Assembly (NCBI GenBank): GCA_023265195.1
Contig: JAHFUG010000004.1
Span: 1 to 48,568, forward strand
DNA from: Blastocatellia bacterium
GTDB lineage: Bacteria; Acidobacteriota; Blastocatellia; UBA7656
Length of the DNA stretch: 48,568 nt
Direction: 5' to 3'
Position 1 is the stretch's first letter. Every line of letters begins with the position of its first letter. The notes beneath the pieces are model-generated. The model did no database searches and was not told the DNA's origin. It saw only the letters and a list, made by a program, of their open reading frames with translations. Shown here one piece after another: positions 7,636 through 16,743 of this stretch. Both the position numbers and the translations under genes were made by a program.

Positions 7636-8656
7636 CCCTCTCAGTGAAACGGGCCTGGCCTCGGCTCGGGCCACACAACTCACTCTGACCAAGCCGCCGG
7701 GCAGTCTTGGGCTGCTGGAAGAGATCGGCAATCGCATCGCCGCCATCGGCGGGACAACGGCGCCGCGGGTTATGCGCAAGAGAATCTATGTTGTTGCGGC
7801 CGATCACGGGGTTACCGCCGAAGGCGTAAGCGCGTACCCGCGTGAGGTGACCTATCAAATGGTTCTCAACTTCCTGCGGGGTGGGGCGGCGATCAATGTG
7901 CTCTCGCGGCATTCCGGGATCGAAGTGCAGGTAGTGGACGCCGGAGTAGACTATGATTTTCCGCCGGACTGCCGTTTGATTCGCGAGAAGATAGTGCGCG
8001 GATCGGCGAATCTCTCGCGCGAGCCCGCCTTGACGCGCGAGCAGGCCGAGCGCGGCGTCTCAGCCGGCGTCGATCTGGCGGAGGCGGCGAGCCGCGACGG
8101 AATAACGCTGCTGGGCGTAGGCGAAATGGGTATCGGCAATACGACGGCCGCGAGCGCTGTAACCGCGGCGCTCACCGGTCTGGATCCGGCAAGCCTTACT
8201 GACAGAGGCGCCGGCGTTGACGACGTTGGTCTCGCTCGAAAGATCGATGTCATCCGGCGGGCGCTTGCCGTCAATCAGCCGGACCCGTCCGACGCCCTGG
8301 ACATCCTCGCCAAAGTAGGAGGCGCGGAGATCGGAGTGATGACGGGTATAGTGATCGGAGCGGCGGCGCAACGCATTGCAGTAGTCGCCGATGGGTTTAT
8401 CTCCACGGCGGCGGCGGCGCTTGCGGTTAAGCTGCAATCAAACGTGCGCGATTACTTGTTCATCGCTCACCGATCGGTGGAGCGGGGACACGCCGCGTTG
8501 ATCGATTTCATTGGCGTTCAGCCGCTGCTGGATCTTGGCATGAGACTGGGAGAAGGCACGGGCGCCGCGTTGGCCATGCACATAATCGAAGCGGGATCAA
8601 AACTGCTTGATGAAATGGCGACTTTCTCCGAAGCGGGAGTGAGTGACAAAGAGTGA
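7598..8656 (+). CDS. cobT: Nicotinate-nucleotide--dimethylbenzimidazole phosphoribosyltransferase
   Basis: Contains LTKPPGSLGLLEEIG, VVAADHGV and GEMGIGNTTAASA. Start set at TTG 7598 (GGAGG 7587-7591, 6-nt spacer). GTG 7571/7577 are alternatives. The track start 7472 yields a junk Arg-rich leader. Confidence 0.88.
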   Translation: MRNRIEAACRLISPLSETGLASARATQLTLTKPPGSLGLLEEIGNRIAAIGGTTAPRVMRKRIYVVAADHGVTAEGVSAYPREVTYQMVLNFLRGGAAINVLSRHSGIEVQVVDAGVDYDFPPDCRLIREKIVRGSANLSREPALTREQAERGVSAGVDLAEAASRDGITLLGVGEMGIGNTTAASAVTAALTGLDPASLTDRGAGVDDVGLARKIDVIRRALAVNQPDPSDALDILAKVGGAEIGVMTGIVIGAAAQRIAVVADGFISTAAAALAVKLQSNVRDYLFIAHRSVERGHAALIDFIGVQPLLDLGMRLGEGTGAALAMHIIEAGSKLLDEMATFSEAGVSDKE

Positions 8657-8660
8657 CCGG

Positions 8661-9422
8661 ATGCCGACGTTCGTCAAACGCTTTCTCTTCGCCGCTCAGT
8701 TTCTGACCCGAGCGCCGATGCCCTCCTCCCTGGCGCCCACCGAAGAAGAACTCGGCAAATCAGCGGCGTTCTTTCCACTGATCGGCGTGGCCGTGGGCGG
8801 GAGCGCGGCGCTGGTCTTTACGTTGGCGCAACGCGTGCTGCCGTTGCCGCCGTCGGTCTTGTTGGCGATTGTCTTCACCACCTTCATCACCAACGGCTTT
8901 CATGAAGACGGGCTGGCGGATGTTTTTGACGGCTTCGGCGGCGGCTGGACGAGGGATCGAGTGCTGGAGATCATGCGCGATAGCCGCCTCGGAACTTATG
9001 GGACGTTGGCGCTGATCTTCCTGATACTCGGCAAGCTCAGCTTCCTTTCGTCACTGGATCAGCCCTATATCTGGCGATGGCTGATCGTCGCCCACGCCGC
9101 GAGCCGGTGGACGGTTCTTCCGCTGTGCGCCTGGTTGCCGTACGCTCGAGCCGAGGGTCAGGGCAAGCTCGTGGCGAAGCAGGTTGGGGTGGCTGAGATT
9201 TCGATCGGCTCGGCGACTCTGCTGATAGTTCTGCTGCTGCTTTCATGGCGAGCGGCGCTTGCGGCGCTGCTTGTTACAGGTCTCGTGACTCTGCTGTGCG
9301 GGTTATACTTCCGCGCACGGCTCCAGGGAATCACCGGCGATTGTCTGGGAGCCGCGAATCAACTTACCGAAGTCGCCTTGTACCTGGCGGCTCTGGTTCT
9401 GCTGCGATTCAATCCGCTGTGA
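8661..9422 (+). CDS. cobS: Adenosylcobinamide-GDP ribazoletransferase (cobalamin synthase)
   Basis: FAAQFLTRAPMP and GFHEDGLADVFDGFGGG in a polytopic hydrophobic protein. Start could be GTG 8643 or ATG 8661; I chose the ATG. Confidence 0.88.
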   Translation: MPTFVKRFLFAAQFLTRAPMPSSLAPTEEELGKSAAFFPLIGVAVGGSAALVFTLAQRVLPLPPSVLLAIVFTTFITNGFHEDGLADVFDGFGGGWTRDRVLEIMRDSRLGTYGTLALIFLILGKLSFLSSLDQPYIWRWLIVAHAASRWTVLPLCAWLPYARAEGQGKLVAKQVGVAEISIGSATLLIVLLLLSWRAALAALLVTGLVTLLCGLYFRARLQGITGDCLGAANQLTEVALYLAALVLLRFNPL

Positions 9423-10216
9423 TGAGCGACCTCAATACCTCACAATGTCTCAGGCTGTACCTCATGCGGCATGGCGAGGTCGAAGCCGCCGCCGGGAAGA
9501 TATTCGGACAAACCGACGTTCCGTTATCAGAGCGCGGACTCGATCAGTCGCGCCGGTTGGCCGGCAGGCTGAGTTCCGCGCGATTGACCGCGGTCTATTC
9601 CAGCGATATGAGGCGCGCGACCGTGGCGGCGAACATGATTGCCGGCCGTCATGGATTGAGAATGGAAATGCGCTCGGACTGGCGTGAGATCAACCTGGGA
9701 GAATGGGAGGGCCGTTCTATCGTTGAACTGTACGAGGAAACGCCTGAGCGGATAGGGATGCTCTTCGGAGATCCGGCTTCATTCAAGTATCCTGGCGGCG
9801 AATCGTTCGCGGACTTCATGGCCAGAATACAATCGGCGCTCCACAGTCTGTTGGCGCGCCACCCGAGTGGCGAGATCGCGCTTGTCGCTCATGGCGGCGT
9901 GTGCCGCGCGATTATTGCAAGCGTGCTCGAGACGCCGGCGCACAAGTGGCTGCGGATTGCACAGGACTACGGATGCCTTAACGTGATTGACTGGTACGCA
10001 GGCGGCGCCGCGGTGGCGCTTCTCAACAGCGTGCCCGAGCCGGAGGCCGTGTCGAACGCCTCCATCAAGACGAGTGAGACACCGCAAGCGTCACTGGTCG
10101 AGGGAGAAGACTATTATCAGGAAGGAACGTTTGTGGTCTTTACTGCGCGCTATCACCTCCGCCGAGGGTACTGTTGCAGGAGCGGCTGTCGGCACTGTCC
10201 TTATGGCGAGGCTTGA
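9422..10216 (+). CDS. cobC: Alpha-ribazole phosphatase (histidine phosphatase family) fused to a C-terminal Cys-rich DUF5522-like tail
   Basis: ATG 9422 overlaps the cobS stop (TGATG). LYLMRHGEV, SSDMRRA and LVAHGG are histidine phosphatase motifs. The last ~38 aa read EGEDYYQEGTFVVFTARYHLRRGYCCRSGCRHCPYG. The track start 9245 lies inside cobS and is rejected. Confidence 0.8.
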   Translation: MSDLNTSQCLRLYLMRHGEVEAAAGKIFGQTDVPLSERGLDQSRRLAGRLSSARLTAVYSSDMRRATVAANMIAGRHGLRMEMRSDWREINLGEWEGRSIVELYEETPERIGMLFGDPASFKYPGGESFADFMARIQSALHSLLARHPSGEIALVAHGGVCRAIIASVLETPAHKWLRIAQDYGCLNVIDWYAGGAAVALLNSVPEPEAVSNASIKTSETPQASLVEGEDYYQEGTFVVFTARYHLRRGYCCRSGCRHCPYGEA

Positions 10217-10414
10217 AACCAGAAGCCCCGGACTACTCGAACCTGAATGCTCGACTTATGATCGTTGTGTCGCTCAAGTGGAATGGAACCGCATGGCGTC
10301 ATCCGGCGTTGGTTCGTCTCTTCGCCAAGCGAAAAACACGCGGCTCGGTAATCGTGCGCCAGACTACTTTCCTCTGCTTCCTGGTCCTCGTGACCTTCGT
10401 GGTTCTGTCTTTTG

Positions 10415-12088
10415 TCACGACGCCGGAGACTCCACGGCGTGGCTGAAAGCGGCTTTGTCCTGACGCATCGATTTGTTGAATTCAATCTTACCGGAGTCGA
10501 GTTTGATGATGCGGCCGGCCACTCCGTAGTACCGATCATCGTGACTGATCACGAGGACGGCCTTATCCCTTGCCTTCAATTCAGGCAGCACCTGCATGTA
10601 GAAAACTTCCTTGAAGAACGGATCCTGATCGGCCGCCCATTCATCGAAAACATATATTGGCCGGTCCTCGAGATACGCCGTCAGTAAGGCGAGCCGCTTC
10701 CGCTCGCCGCGTGAAAGATCGGTAGTGGACAGCACGCCGGCCTTAACGTCGAGTTTGTTTTCGAGCCGAAGCTGTTTTAGATAGTCTCGCGCGCGTGAAT
10801 CAAGATCGCGCCCGCCGATGCCCAACAGGCTCTTGAACAAATGAAAATCCGAATAGACGACCGAGAGATGCTGGCGATAGAATTCGCGCGTGTCTTCAGT
10901 GATCGTCTCGCCGTTGAAGCGAATCTCGCCGGAATCGGGCGCGTAAAGTCCCGTCAAGACCTTCGCGAACGTGGTCTTCCCGCTCCCATTGCCGCCAACC
11001 AGAAAGACCAGTTCGCCTGGTTCAAGCGTCAGGTCAATCGGACCCAGCACGAAGCTGTCTGATTCTGATTTGCCCTTGTAAGCATATGTGACGCCGGCAA
11101 GTTCGAGGCTCTTCCAACTCGAGGCGGGCAGAGGTTCGAGCGCCGAGTCGGATTCCGTCCCTCCCGTCTTGAGCTCCAACCCAAGGCTCTCGACTTTCTG
11201 TATTGCAACGCTGGCCCGCCCGAGGCCGGGCAGCGAATTCAATATCGTCTGAAACGGAGCTATCAAGTACAGAAGCGTCAGGGTATATCCGGTGAGAGTT
11301 GTTGAGTCGATCTTCTTGAAAGCGGGAAAAGCGAACAGCACCACGCCGATGACGACAAAGGACAACACTTGCCCCCAACTTGAAGCCGCCGTGAAGATCG
11401 TCAGGCCCTTGATGTTATGCTTCTTCAAGGAATTTGCGGTTGACTGAAGCACCTCTGAGAGAAAAGCCTGGCGGCGCCGCCGATGCAGCTTCAGTTCCTT
11501 TATTCCCTCGGTAAGATCGCGAAAGTGATCGAACAACGCGTCTCCATCCTGTCTGGCCGCCCTGAATGAGTTCAGCGCTTTCAAGAGAGGCAACTGATAA
11601 GTAACGACGCCCACCACTATGAAGGCCAGCACGGCCAGTAGTACGCCCAGGGACAACGTGCCGAGGTAAACGAGGCCGCCGGCGGCAATAGCAAAGTTGA
11701 TGCAAAGGACCGGAATGAACGAGAGAGTATTGGTGATAGCAGGAATGTCATCGGTGAGCGCGGTCATCACGCGGTGAACGCCCACTTTTTCGAGATGCCG
11801 CAATGGCGCTCTGATTATTTGCTCGCTCAGTTTCATTCGCAAATCAAACAGGGAATCTTGCGACAGCCAGGCAAGCAGCAGCTCCGAGATGAACCTCGTC
11901 ACCGGCAGAAACAGGCAGAGCGCGACAAAGGCCCAGACCAATCGTTCTCTCGATCCGTCAACTTGCTTCAGGGCCGCGTTGAAGATGGCGAGCAGCCCCG
12001 CGTTACAAGCCCCGCTGACGATTCCGGCAATGACCGCAAAGACGAGGCTGCCCGGTTTGTATTGCAACAGGAAGCGGACCAGCTTCAT
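10415..12088 (-). CDS. Cyclic-peptide/siderophore-type ABC exporter (fused TMD-NBD, SyrD/PvdE/YojI-like)
   Basis: 557 aa. N-terminal six-helix TMD, Walker A GGNGSGKTT, signature LSRGERKRLAL, Walker B IYVFDEWAADQDPFF. Confidence 0.85.
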   Translation of the reverse strand: MKLVRFLLQYKPGSLVFAVIAGIVSGACNAGLLAIFNAALKQVDGSRERLVWAFVALCLFLPVTRFISELLLAWLSQDSLFDLRMKLSEQIIRAPLRHLEKVGVHRVMTALTDDIPAITNTLSFIPVLCINFAIAAGGLVYLGTLSLGVLLAVLAFIVVGVVTYQLPLLKALNSFRAARQDGDALFDHFRDLTEGIKELKLHRRRRQAFLSEVLQSTANSLKKHNIKGLTIFTAASSWGQVLSFVVIGVVLFAFPAFKKIDSTTLTGYTLTLLYLIAPFQTILNSLPGLGRASVAIQKVESLGLELKTGGTESDSALEPLPASSWKSLELAGVTYAYKGKSESDSFVLGPIDLTLEPGELVFLVGGNGSGKTTFAKVLTGLYAPDSGEIRFNGETITEDTREFYRQHLSVVYSDFHLFKSLLGIGGRDLDSRARDYLKQLRLENKLDVKAGVLSTTDLSRGERKRLALLTAYLEDRPIYVFDEWAADQDPFFKEVFYMQVLPELKARDKAVLVISHDDRYYGVAGRIIKLDSGKIEFNKSMRQDKAAFSHAVESPAS

Positions 12089-12228
12089 TAATAAGCACCT
12101 CTCTTGTTATTCCCTCTCCCCTTGCGAAGAGATTCGCGGCGTAGCGTCGATTGAGCCGCATCCTCAAGCCGCCGTTGCGTTTCAAGATCAACCGCCCACA
12201 ATCAAATATAGCGAGCCTAGGAAGACAA

Positions 12229-12342
12229 GGATGTTTCTCGCAAAGACGCAGAGGCCGAAACACAAGAATGCAAAGAAGGGATATCTTAACTCTTCTTTGC
12301 GTTCTTCGGCCTTCGATCTTTGCGTCTTTGCGAGAAACATCC
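12229..12342. repeat. REP-like composite hairpin (about 31-bp imperfect arms plus an inner 8-bp stem)
   Basis: Left arm GGATGTTTCTCGCAAAGACGCAGAGGCCGAA (12229-12259). Right arm TTCGGCCTTCGATCTTTGCGTCTTTGCGAGAAACATCC (12305-12342). Inner pair CAAAGAAG/CTTCTTTG. The motif CTTTGCGAGAAAC recurs at about 1719-1731. Confidence 0.85.
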
Positions 12343-12504
12343 CTCTCGACTTCCGTCCGCGCCGCTGCAAGAGAAACCGCTGATTAACGCTGGCTCCGTA
12401 ACGCTGATCGACGCTGATAAGCGAATCGAAGGCCGCGATGATCCGGGCTGATTCGGAAACCAGGCCCGGAATGTCCCGGTCTCATATTGAACCACTAGCG
12501 GCGT

Positions 12505-13296
12505 TCACCCTCGACACAACGAACCGCTATTCCGCCCGTTACGGCTCATGAAGCGCAAGAGGTCTTGAGCGACCGCGCTAATAAGGCGGTCCCTAGCTGT
12601 GTTCAGATAAAAATGATTCCCAGGATACATTCGAAGAATAAAGCTATTCCGCGTATGGCCTTTCCATTCTTCTATGGTTGATTGCGGGATGAGATGGTCG
12701 TCCACACCCCCTGATGCTGATATTGGGCAACCGAGAGGCTCTTCCGGAACAAATGCATACTTTTCATTCATGCGAAAATCCGCACGTAACACCGGAAGGA
12801 AAAGCGCGCGAATCTCCGGATTGTTCAGAATTTCATCCGGAGTTCCACCATACACGCGAAGCTTGTCGATGAACTCAGGATCAGGCAGATCGGTCATCGA
12901 AAGCGCCGGCTTCTCGAGATGCGGCGCGTACCTGCTCGATGCGAAGAGACAAAACGGTTCCGCCGTTTGCTTCCTGCGCAGCTCGCGCGCCAGGTCGAAG
13001 GCCGTAATAGCGCCCAGGCTGTGGCCGAAGAATGCAAAGGGTTTGTCGAGGTAAGGCAGGATGGCGGGCGTCAGCGATTGGATTAGCTCTTTGAGATTGG
13101 AGAAGGGAGGCTCCGCGATCCGGCGCTCCCGGCCGGGAGGCTGAATTGCAAGCACCTCTACTTCGGCCGGCAAGCTATCCGGCCACGTGCGGTAATGCGA
13201 GGCGGCGCCTCCGGCAAACGGAAAACAGAATAGCCGCGCCAGCGCGCGAGGATTGGGCTTGTGGCAAATGATCCATTTCGATTTTGTCTGCATCAA
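12505..13296 (-). CDS. Type II thioesterase (NRPS/PKS editing thioesterase)
   Basis: 263 aa. LFCFPFAGGAASHYRTW, nucleophile elbow GHSLGA and a C-terminal PGNHFYL, typical of TEII. Confidence 0.85.
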   Translation of the reverse strand: MMQTKSKWIICHKPNPRALARLFCFPFAGGAASHYRTWPDSLPAEVEVLAIQPPGRERRIAEPPFSNLKELIQSLTPAILPYLDKPFAFFGHSLGAITAFDLARELRRKQTAEPFCLFASSRYAPHLEKPALSMTDLPDPEFIDKLRVYGGTPDEILNNPEIRALFLPVLRADFRMNEKYAFVPEEPLGCPISASGGVDDHLIPQSTIEEWKGHTRNSFILRMYPGNHFYLNTARDRLISAVAQDLLRFMSRNGRNSGSLCRG

Positions 13297-13315
13297 TAGT
13301 CCGCTTTGTGTTTGA

Positions 13316-13504
13316 TCACTTCAGCAAGTCCTGGCGCGGCAATTCTGAAATACGCCGCTCCGGATCAGCCACCATCGTCTCGATCACTCCCTGAAAATCG
13401 CGCAGCCGCCGCCGAATCGGCGCCGGTTCATACATCTCCGTGTTTTGAACCAGGAGTCCTTCCAGCGTGGAGCCAGCCCCACCGAAGATCGAATTCCATG
13501 TCAA
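13316..13504 (-). pseudogene. Stub of an NRPS condensation-domain C-terminus (62 aa)
   Basis: LLVQNTEMYEPAPIRRRLRDFQGVIETMVADPERRISELP resembles the end of NRPS C domains (..yntdlfd..ti.r....f..ll..iv..P...i.eL.ll). An in-frame stop lies 1 codon upstream of the TTG start, and msrQ ends 34 nt away, so no upstream NRPS body exists. Confidence 0.45.
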
Positions 13505-13537
13505 ACCTCACCAGGCCGTCGCGAACGTCATGATTGT

Positions 13538-14164
13538 CTAGTCAATCCCTGTTCTTACCTTCACCGGCTCGGGCCGAGACAGCCGGTCGAGCAGGGCCGA
13601 GGCTAATCTGTACCCGAGCAGCAAGGCGAGCGCAACTCCAAACGCGATAGGCAGCCGGGTGTCCGCTTTTACGAGAAGCCAGTAGTGAGTCACCCCGCCA
13701 ATTGCGGCGAGATAGACGGCCTGATGCAGCCGTTTCCATCTCTTCCCGCCCAGCCGCTTCACCATTTTGTTCGTGGAGGTGGCCGCAAGCGGGGCCATCA
13801 GCAAAAAACTCGCGATTCCCACCGCGATGAATGGCCGCTTGGCGACGTCCTGGACGGCGCCGCCAAAATCGAAGAACCGGTCGAACCATACGTAGGTCAT
13901 TAAATGAAGCGCGCCGTAGAAGAATGCGAAGAGCCCACACATTCTACGCAGCTTGATCAGCCACGGCTGCGCGATGATCTTGCGCGCCGGAGTGACCAGG
14001 AGCGAGATCAGCAAGTAAACAAGCGTCAGCGTGCCCGTGGTGTGAGTCACGAACTCCAACGGGTTCGCGCCAAGATTGTGATTGGCCGCATCCCATCCAA
14101 GCATCGCCACCGGCACGAGGCTGTTTACCAAAACGATTTGCCGCGCGAATCTTATGTCGGCCAT
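13538..14164 (-). CDS. msrQ: Protein-methionine-sulfoxide reductase heme-binding membrane subunit
   Basis: 208-aa polytopic protein with the ferric-reductase-like TM layout, immediately downstream of msrP. Conserved His residues sit in the helices (HLMTYVWF, VTHYWL). Confidence 0.8.
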   Translation of the reverse strand: MADIRFARQIVLVNSLVPVAMLGWDAANHNLGANPLEFVTHTTGTLTLVYLLISLLVTPARKIIAQPWLIKLRRMCGLFAFFYGALHLMTYVWFDRFFDFGGAVQDVAKRPFIAVGIASFLLMAPLAATSTNKMVKRLGGKRWKRLHQAVYLAAIGGVTHYWLLVKADTRLPIAFGVALALLLGYRLASALLDRLSRPEPVKVRTGID

Positions 14165-14215
14165 TTGTTACGCCCTATCGGTCCCGCTTCCATCCGGCGC
14201 GTCGATCAGTCCAAG

Positions 14216-15178
14216 TCAAAAATTGACTCTCAAATCCATCCCGTCGTACAGGCTCGCGACTTCATCCTGGTAGCCGTTGAACAACAGAGTGTCTCTTTGG
14301 CCGAACTCGCCAATACGCCGTTCCCTTGCCTGACTCCATCTGGGATGATTCACGCGAGGATTGACGTTGGAGTAGAAGCCGTATTCCCTCGGCGCGTACA
14401 TATTCCAGGTAGTCGAAGGCTGGCTATCGGCCAGTTTGATCTTCACTATCGACTTGATGCTCTTGAAACCATACTTCCAAGGGACCACGAGTCTGACCGG
14501 CGCTCCGTCCTGCGGCGGCAGCGTGTCCCCGTAAAGACCCGTGGCCAGAATCGCGAGCGGATGCATAGCCTCATCCAGTCTGAGCCCTTCGACGTATGGC
14601 CAATCAAGCACGTTCGTGTTTTGATTGGGCATTCGCGCCGAGTCATAGAGCGTCGTGAACTCGACGTACTTCGCCGATGAATTTGGCTGAACCAGATCAA
14701 GTAGCTTTGCAAGCGGGAAGCCGAGCCACGGAATCACCATCGACCATCCTTCAACGCAGCGGAGCCTGTAGATGCGCTCCTCGGGCGGCCCGAGCTTTGC
14801 AAGATCATCTATGTCGAACACCTTCGGTCTATTCACGAGCCCTTCGACGGCGACCGTCCACGGGTGAGTAACGAACCCCTTCGACTTATCCGCGACCGCT
14901 CCCTTATTTGTCGAGAACTCGTAAAAGTTGTTGTAGTGAGTTATGTCCTGCAGCGTGGTGAGCTTCTCGCCTGACGGGCTGACTAGTTGAACCGGCTGAT
15001 TTGCCGCATCGGCCGCCGTGCTCGATCTGCTTGTTCGGGTGAGGCTGCGATACAGAAATCCTGTGGCGGTAGCAGTCGTGGCGAGAACGGCCCCCTTCAT
15101 GAAGTTGCGGCGATTAAGGTAGCTCGCCTTTGAAGTAATCTCGCTGCTTTTGATGTCTTCAGACTTCTTGATCAGCAT
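14216..15178 (-). CDS. msrP: Protein-methionine-sulfoxide reductase catalytic subunit (molybdopterin, YedY family), Tat-exported
   Basis: Tat motif [15 protein letters not shown]. Near-colinear with E. coli MsrP as I remember it: [77 protein letters not shown]. Confidence 0.92.
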   Translation of the reverse strand: MLIKKSEDIKSSEITSKASYLNRRNFMKGAVLATTATATGFLYRSLTRTSRSSTAADAANQPVQLVSPSGEKLTTLQDITHYNNFYEFSTNKGAVADKSKGFVTHPWTVAVEGLVNRPKVFDIDDLAKLGPPEERIYRLRCVEGWSMVIPWLGFPLAKLLDLVQPNSSAKYVEFTTLYDSARMPNQNTNVLDWPYVEGLRLDEAMHPLAILATGLYGDTLPPQDGAPVRLVVPWKYGFKSIKSIVKIKLADSQPSTTWNMYAPREYGFYSNVNPRVNHPRWSQARERRIGEFGQRDTLLFNGYQDEVASLYDGMDLRVNF

Positions 15179-15354
15179 AATGATTATCGTGGCGTTTCAA
15201 CGTATCCTTCCTCGTGATAAAGGCAGGAGGTGCGGTCTCTAATCTCAATGACGTAATCCAACGGATTCGTAATTCGAAAAAGAGATCGAGCAATCGCTAC
15301 CGCGAAAAACGATGGCGCTAGGCTAGTGCCGAATTATTCAGAGGCCGACAGAAT

Positions 15355-15394
15355 AAATCCAAACAAAGCAAGCAAAGGCGCAGGCGCGCCTTTG
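15355..15394 (-). terminator. Intrinsic terminator of the permease gene
   Basis: 9-bp stem CAAAGGCGC/GCGCCTTTG (15373-15381 / 15386-15394) with a 4-nt loop, 3 nt after the stop. On the minus strand it is followed by CTTGCTTTGTTTGGATTT. Confidence 0.55.
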
Positions 15395-15397
15395 AGC

Positions 15398-16477
15398 CTA
15401 CTCATAAGCAAGGGCCTTCACCGCGTCTTGATTGGCCGCGCGAAGCGCCGGATATAACGCGCCGATCATGCCCGACAGCAAGCCAAGGCCAAGCGCGTAC
15501 ACGAACCATGTTATCTCCAGCTCGACGTTGAGCTGCGTGAGCCGAGTGATCGCGTACCTTCCCCCCGCCGAGAGAATGAATCCCACCAGCACGCCAAGCA
15601 GCGTTATAGTCAACGCCTCCTTTTGGATCTCGCCGGCTATCCAACGCCGAGAAGCTCCCAGACTCTTCAGCACGCCTATCTGCCGGGTTCTCTCCGTCAC
15701 CGTCGTGTACATGCCGAGCAGGATCACGAGCGAGCTCACGATTACGGCAAGCAACACGACGACGTTCAGAAAGGTCTTGAGCGCGGGACTGCCTCGCGAG
15801 TAGAGAATCGGCAGATCGCGGGTCAGCCACAGTCCGTAATCCGGGTATCGCCCTTTGATTCGCTCGGCCACCTCTTCCTGCTCCAGGGGGTCATTGACCT
15901 TGATCAGCAGAAACGAACAAAGGCCGGGCCGGTTGGAGAAATTCTGCAGCGTCGACAACTGGACTTTTACCCGGCCTAATGACTCGGGCTCGTACACGCC
16001 GACGACGCGAATCTTTCGATCCAGGACATCGATGACGCCGCCGACTTTGACGCCGTTGTTTCTCTGATGAAAGCGATCCACGATGGCTTCGTCTTCGCCT
16101 TCGGGGGGGCGGCCCTCCACCACTCTTGCGTCCGACACTTTCGTGAAACTCGAGTAGTCGACTCCATCGATCATTCGGCCCTTCAGGTATTGGCCCACGG
16201 GCACGGCGTCACGCACGCCCTCGATCGAAGCCACTTCGGCGGCAACGCCTGCGTGCATCGACAGCGTGGGCGAGAGGCTCAAGCCGAATCCGCTTCCCGG
16301 AGGGCGCATGATAATCTCGGCGGTGACCGCGGCGTTGCGGCGGCCCTGTTCGCTAAGGAATCCATGCGCTATTCCGACCGTGAGCACCACCAAGACCACA
16401 CCCAAGGCCACACCCGATATCGAAACCAGCGTGCGAACCTTGCGATGCATCAGATTTGAAATTACCAGGCTATCCAT
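15398..16477 (-). CDS. ABC transporter permease, FtsX/MacB type (no cognate ATPase in window)
   Basis: Start moved to ATG 16477 (MDSLVISNLMHRKVRTLVSISGVALGVVLVV, AAGGA upstream). Layout is TM1, a large periplasmic domain, then three C-terminal TMs with TERTRQIGVLKSLGA, typical of FtsX-family permeases. Confidence 0.8.
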   Translation of the reverse strand: MDSLVISNLMHRKVRTLVSISGVALGVVLVVLTVGIAHGFLSEQGRRNAAVTAEIIMRPPGSGFGLSLSPTLSMHAGVAAEVASIEGVRDAVPVGQYLKGRMIDGVDYSSFTKVSDARVVEGRPPEGEDEAIVDRFHQRNNGVKVGGVIDVLDRKIRVVGVYEPESLGRVKVQLSTLQNFSNRPGLCSFLLIKVNDPLEQEEVAERIKGRYPDYGLWLTRDLPILYSRGSPALKTFLNVVVLLAVIVSSLVILLGMYTTVTERTRQIGVLKSLGASRRWIAGEIQKEALTITLLGVLVGFILSAGGRYAITRLTQLNVELEITWFVYALGLGLLSGMIGALYPALRAANQDAVKALAYE

Positions 16478-16743
16478 TTGAACTTTCCTTACGTGCGTCA
16501 TTGGCGCGAGGTGAATCGCCCATATGAATGAGGTCGCCAAACATCAAAACATCACACGTCGGGAAGAGGGATTTATCCCCGCTCCTCTCCTTGACGTCAG
16601 TATGAGTGAATCGTAACCGGAGGAGCGACGATAAACCTGTGATTTTTTCAGATTGAACATTGGAATTTGACTGGCTCTTTTCGAAAAATGGCCGAACACT
16701 AAAGCCCGTTCCACTGAGGGTTGGTTGATCGAATATGACTCCC

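Noticed and set aside
9245-9421. Track start for the cobC ORF at 9245
   Set aside because: The first 59 codons lie inside cobS in another frame and are Arg/Ser-rich. ATG 9422 overlaps the cobS stop and begins a normal histidine-phosphatase N-terminus.
13904-14680. 258-aa plus-strand ORF
   Set aside because: It is antisense to msrQ and msrP, both of which match their families end to end. It is Arg-rich junk.
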